A DNA stretch of 64,000 nucleotides from Candidatus Magasanikbacteria bacterium CG11_big_fil_rev_8_21_14_0_20_39_34 (GTDB taxonomy: Bacteria; Patescibacteriota; Patescibacteriia; Magasanikbacterales; UBA922). Location of the stretch: contig PCWN01000001.1 in the NCBI GenBank assembly GCA_002787355.1, positions 13,838 to 77,837 on the forward strand, given 5' to 3'. The notes beneath the pieces are model-generated. The model was given only the letters and a program-made list of their open reading frames with translations. It did no database searches and was not told the DNA's origin. A program made the position numbers and the translations under genes. Within the stretch, counting starts at the first letter, position 1. Each line of letters opens with the position of its first letter. Of this stretch, positions 63,504 to 64,000 are shown piece by piece.

Positions 63504-64000
63504 ATGAAAGGAAAATGTTCTTCTTTTGCAGGTAAGGGACTCTTTCTCTTACGTTTGTTTGTTGGTATCATCTTTGTATCTCATGGTTGGGATAAACTTC
63601 ATGACCTTGATATGACCAGCCAAGCATTTACGGCAATGGGTATTTTTGCACCTGGAGCTATGGGTGTTCTCACGGGTATTATTGAACTCCTGGGTGGTCT
63701 TGCCCTTATCTTAGGAGTTTTTACCTGTGCTGCCTCTACCCTATTGGCTTTGGTAATGCTTGGAGCGATCCTCATGGTTCACCTGAAGAATGGACTTTCT
63801 ATGATGAATGGTGGATTTGAATATCCACTGGCTCTTCTTGGTGCTTGTCTTGCTATTCTTGATGCCGGTCCTGGAAAGTGGGCTCTTTGTCCAGATAAAT
63901 GTGGATCTTGGTCTAAGAAAAAAGGTGGATGTTGTGATGAAAAAAAGGAAAAGAAAGGCTGCTGTGGTGGAGGAAGCTGTGGCTCAGGAGAAAAAATGTA
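63504..64000 (+). CDS. DoxX-family membrane protein with Cys-rich tail (runs off the window end)
   Basis: Manual translation: LLRLFVGIIFVSHGWDKL...IELLGGLALILG...VH..NG...GGFEYPL...GPGKWAL, then CPDKC..GCCDEKKEKKGCCGGGSCGSGEKC. Confidence 0.85.
   Translation, partial: MKGKCSSFAGKGLFLLRLFVGIIFVSHGWDKLHDLDMTSQAFTAMGIFAPGAMGVLTGIIELLGGLALILGVFTCAASTLLALVMLGAILMVHLKNGLSMMNGGFEYPLALLGACLAILDAGPGKWALCPDKCGSWSKKKGGCCDEKKEKKGCCGGGSCGSGEKM

Overview
AT-rich (roughly 35-40% GC by eye) bacterial chromosomal region spanning the replication origin: rpsT-dnaN-oriC-dnaA, with DnaA boxes on both sides of dnaA and a clear DnaA-trio unwinding element. Housekeeping genes include rpoBC, ftsK, recA, polA, holA, nth, mutY, trmB, a TrmH-like and an RlmD-like methyltransferase, a class A PBP, a flippase/O-antigen ligase pair and four tRNAs (Ala, Phe, Pro, Cys). 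Gene content (ECF sigma plus DUF5667-like partner, a Cys-rich repeat protein, an orphan VirD4-like ATPase, a lamin-tail surface protein) and the general lack of Shine-Dalgarno sites suggest a Patescibacteria/CPR genome (inference). Two recurring accessory patterns stand out. (1) Four divergent two-gene modules each pair a TrmB-family regulator with an orphan LivJ/K-type solute-binding lipoprotein, with no permease or ATPase in the window. One module is bracketed by a duplicated 29-bp hairpin and another has a switch-like structured leader. (2) Five small, self-contained, GC-rich (~60%) ORFan transcription units have G-rich RBSs and C-rich 3' tails, unlike host genes. Two encode RanBP2/NZF-type zinc fingers and sit among the TrmB modules next to oriC. 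No CRISPR, rRNA, integrase or transposase was recognised. All family assignments are from motif recognition by eye, not database searches.
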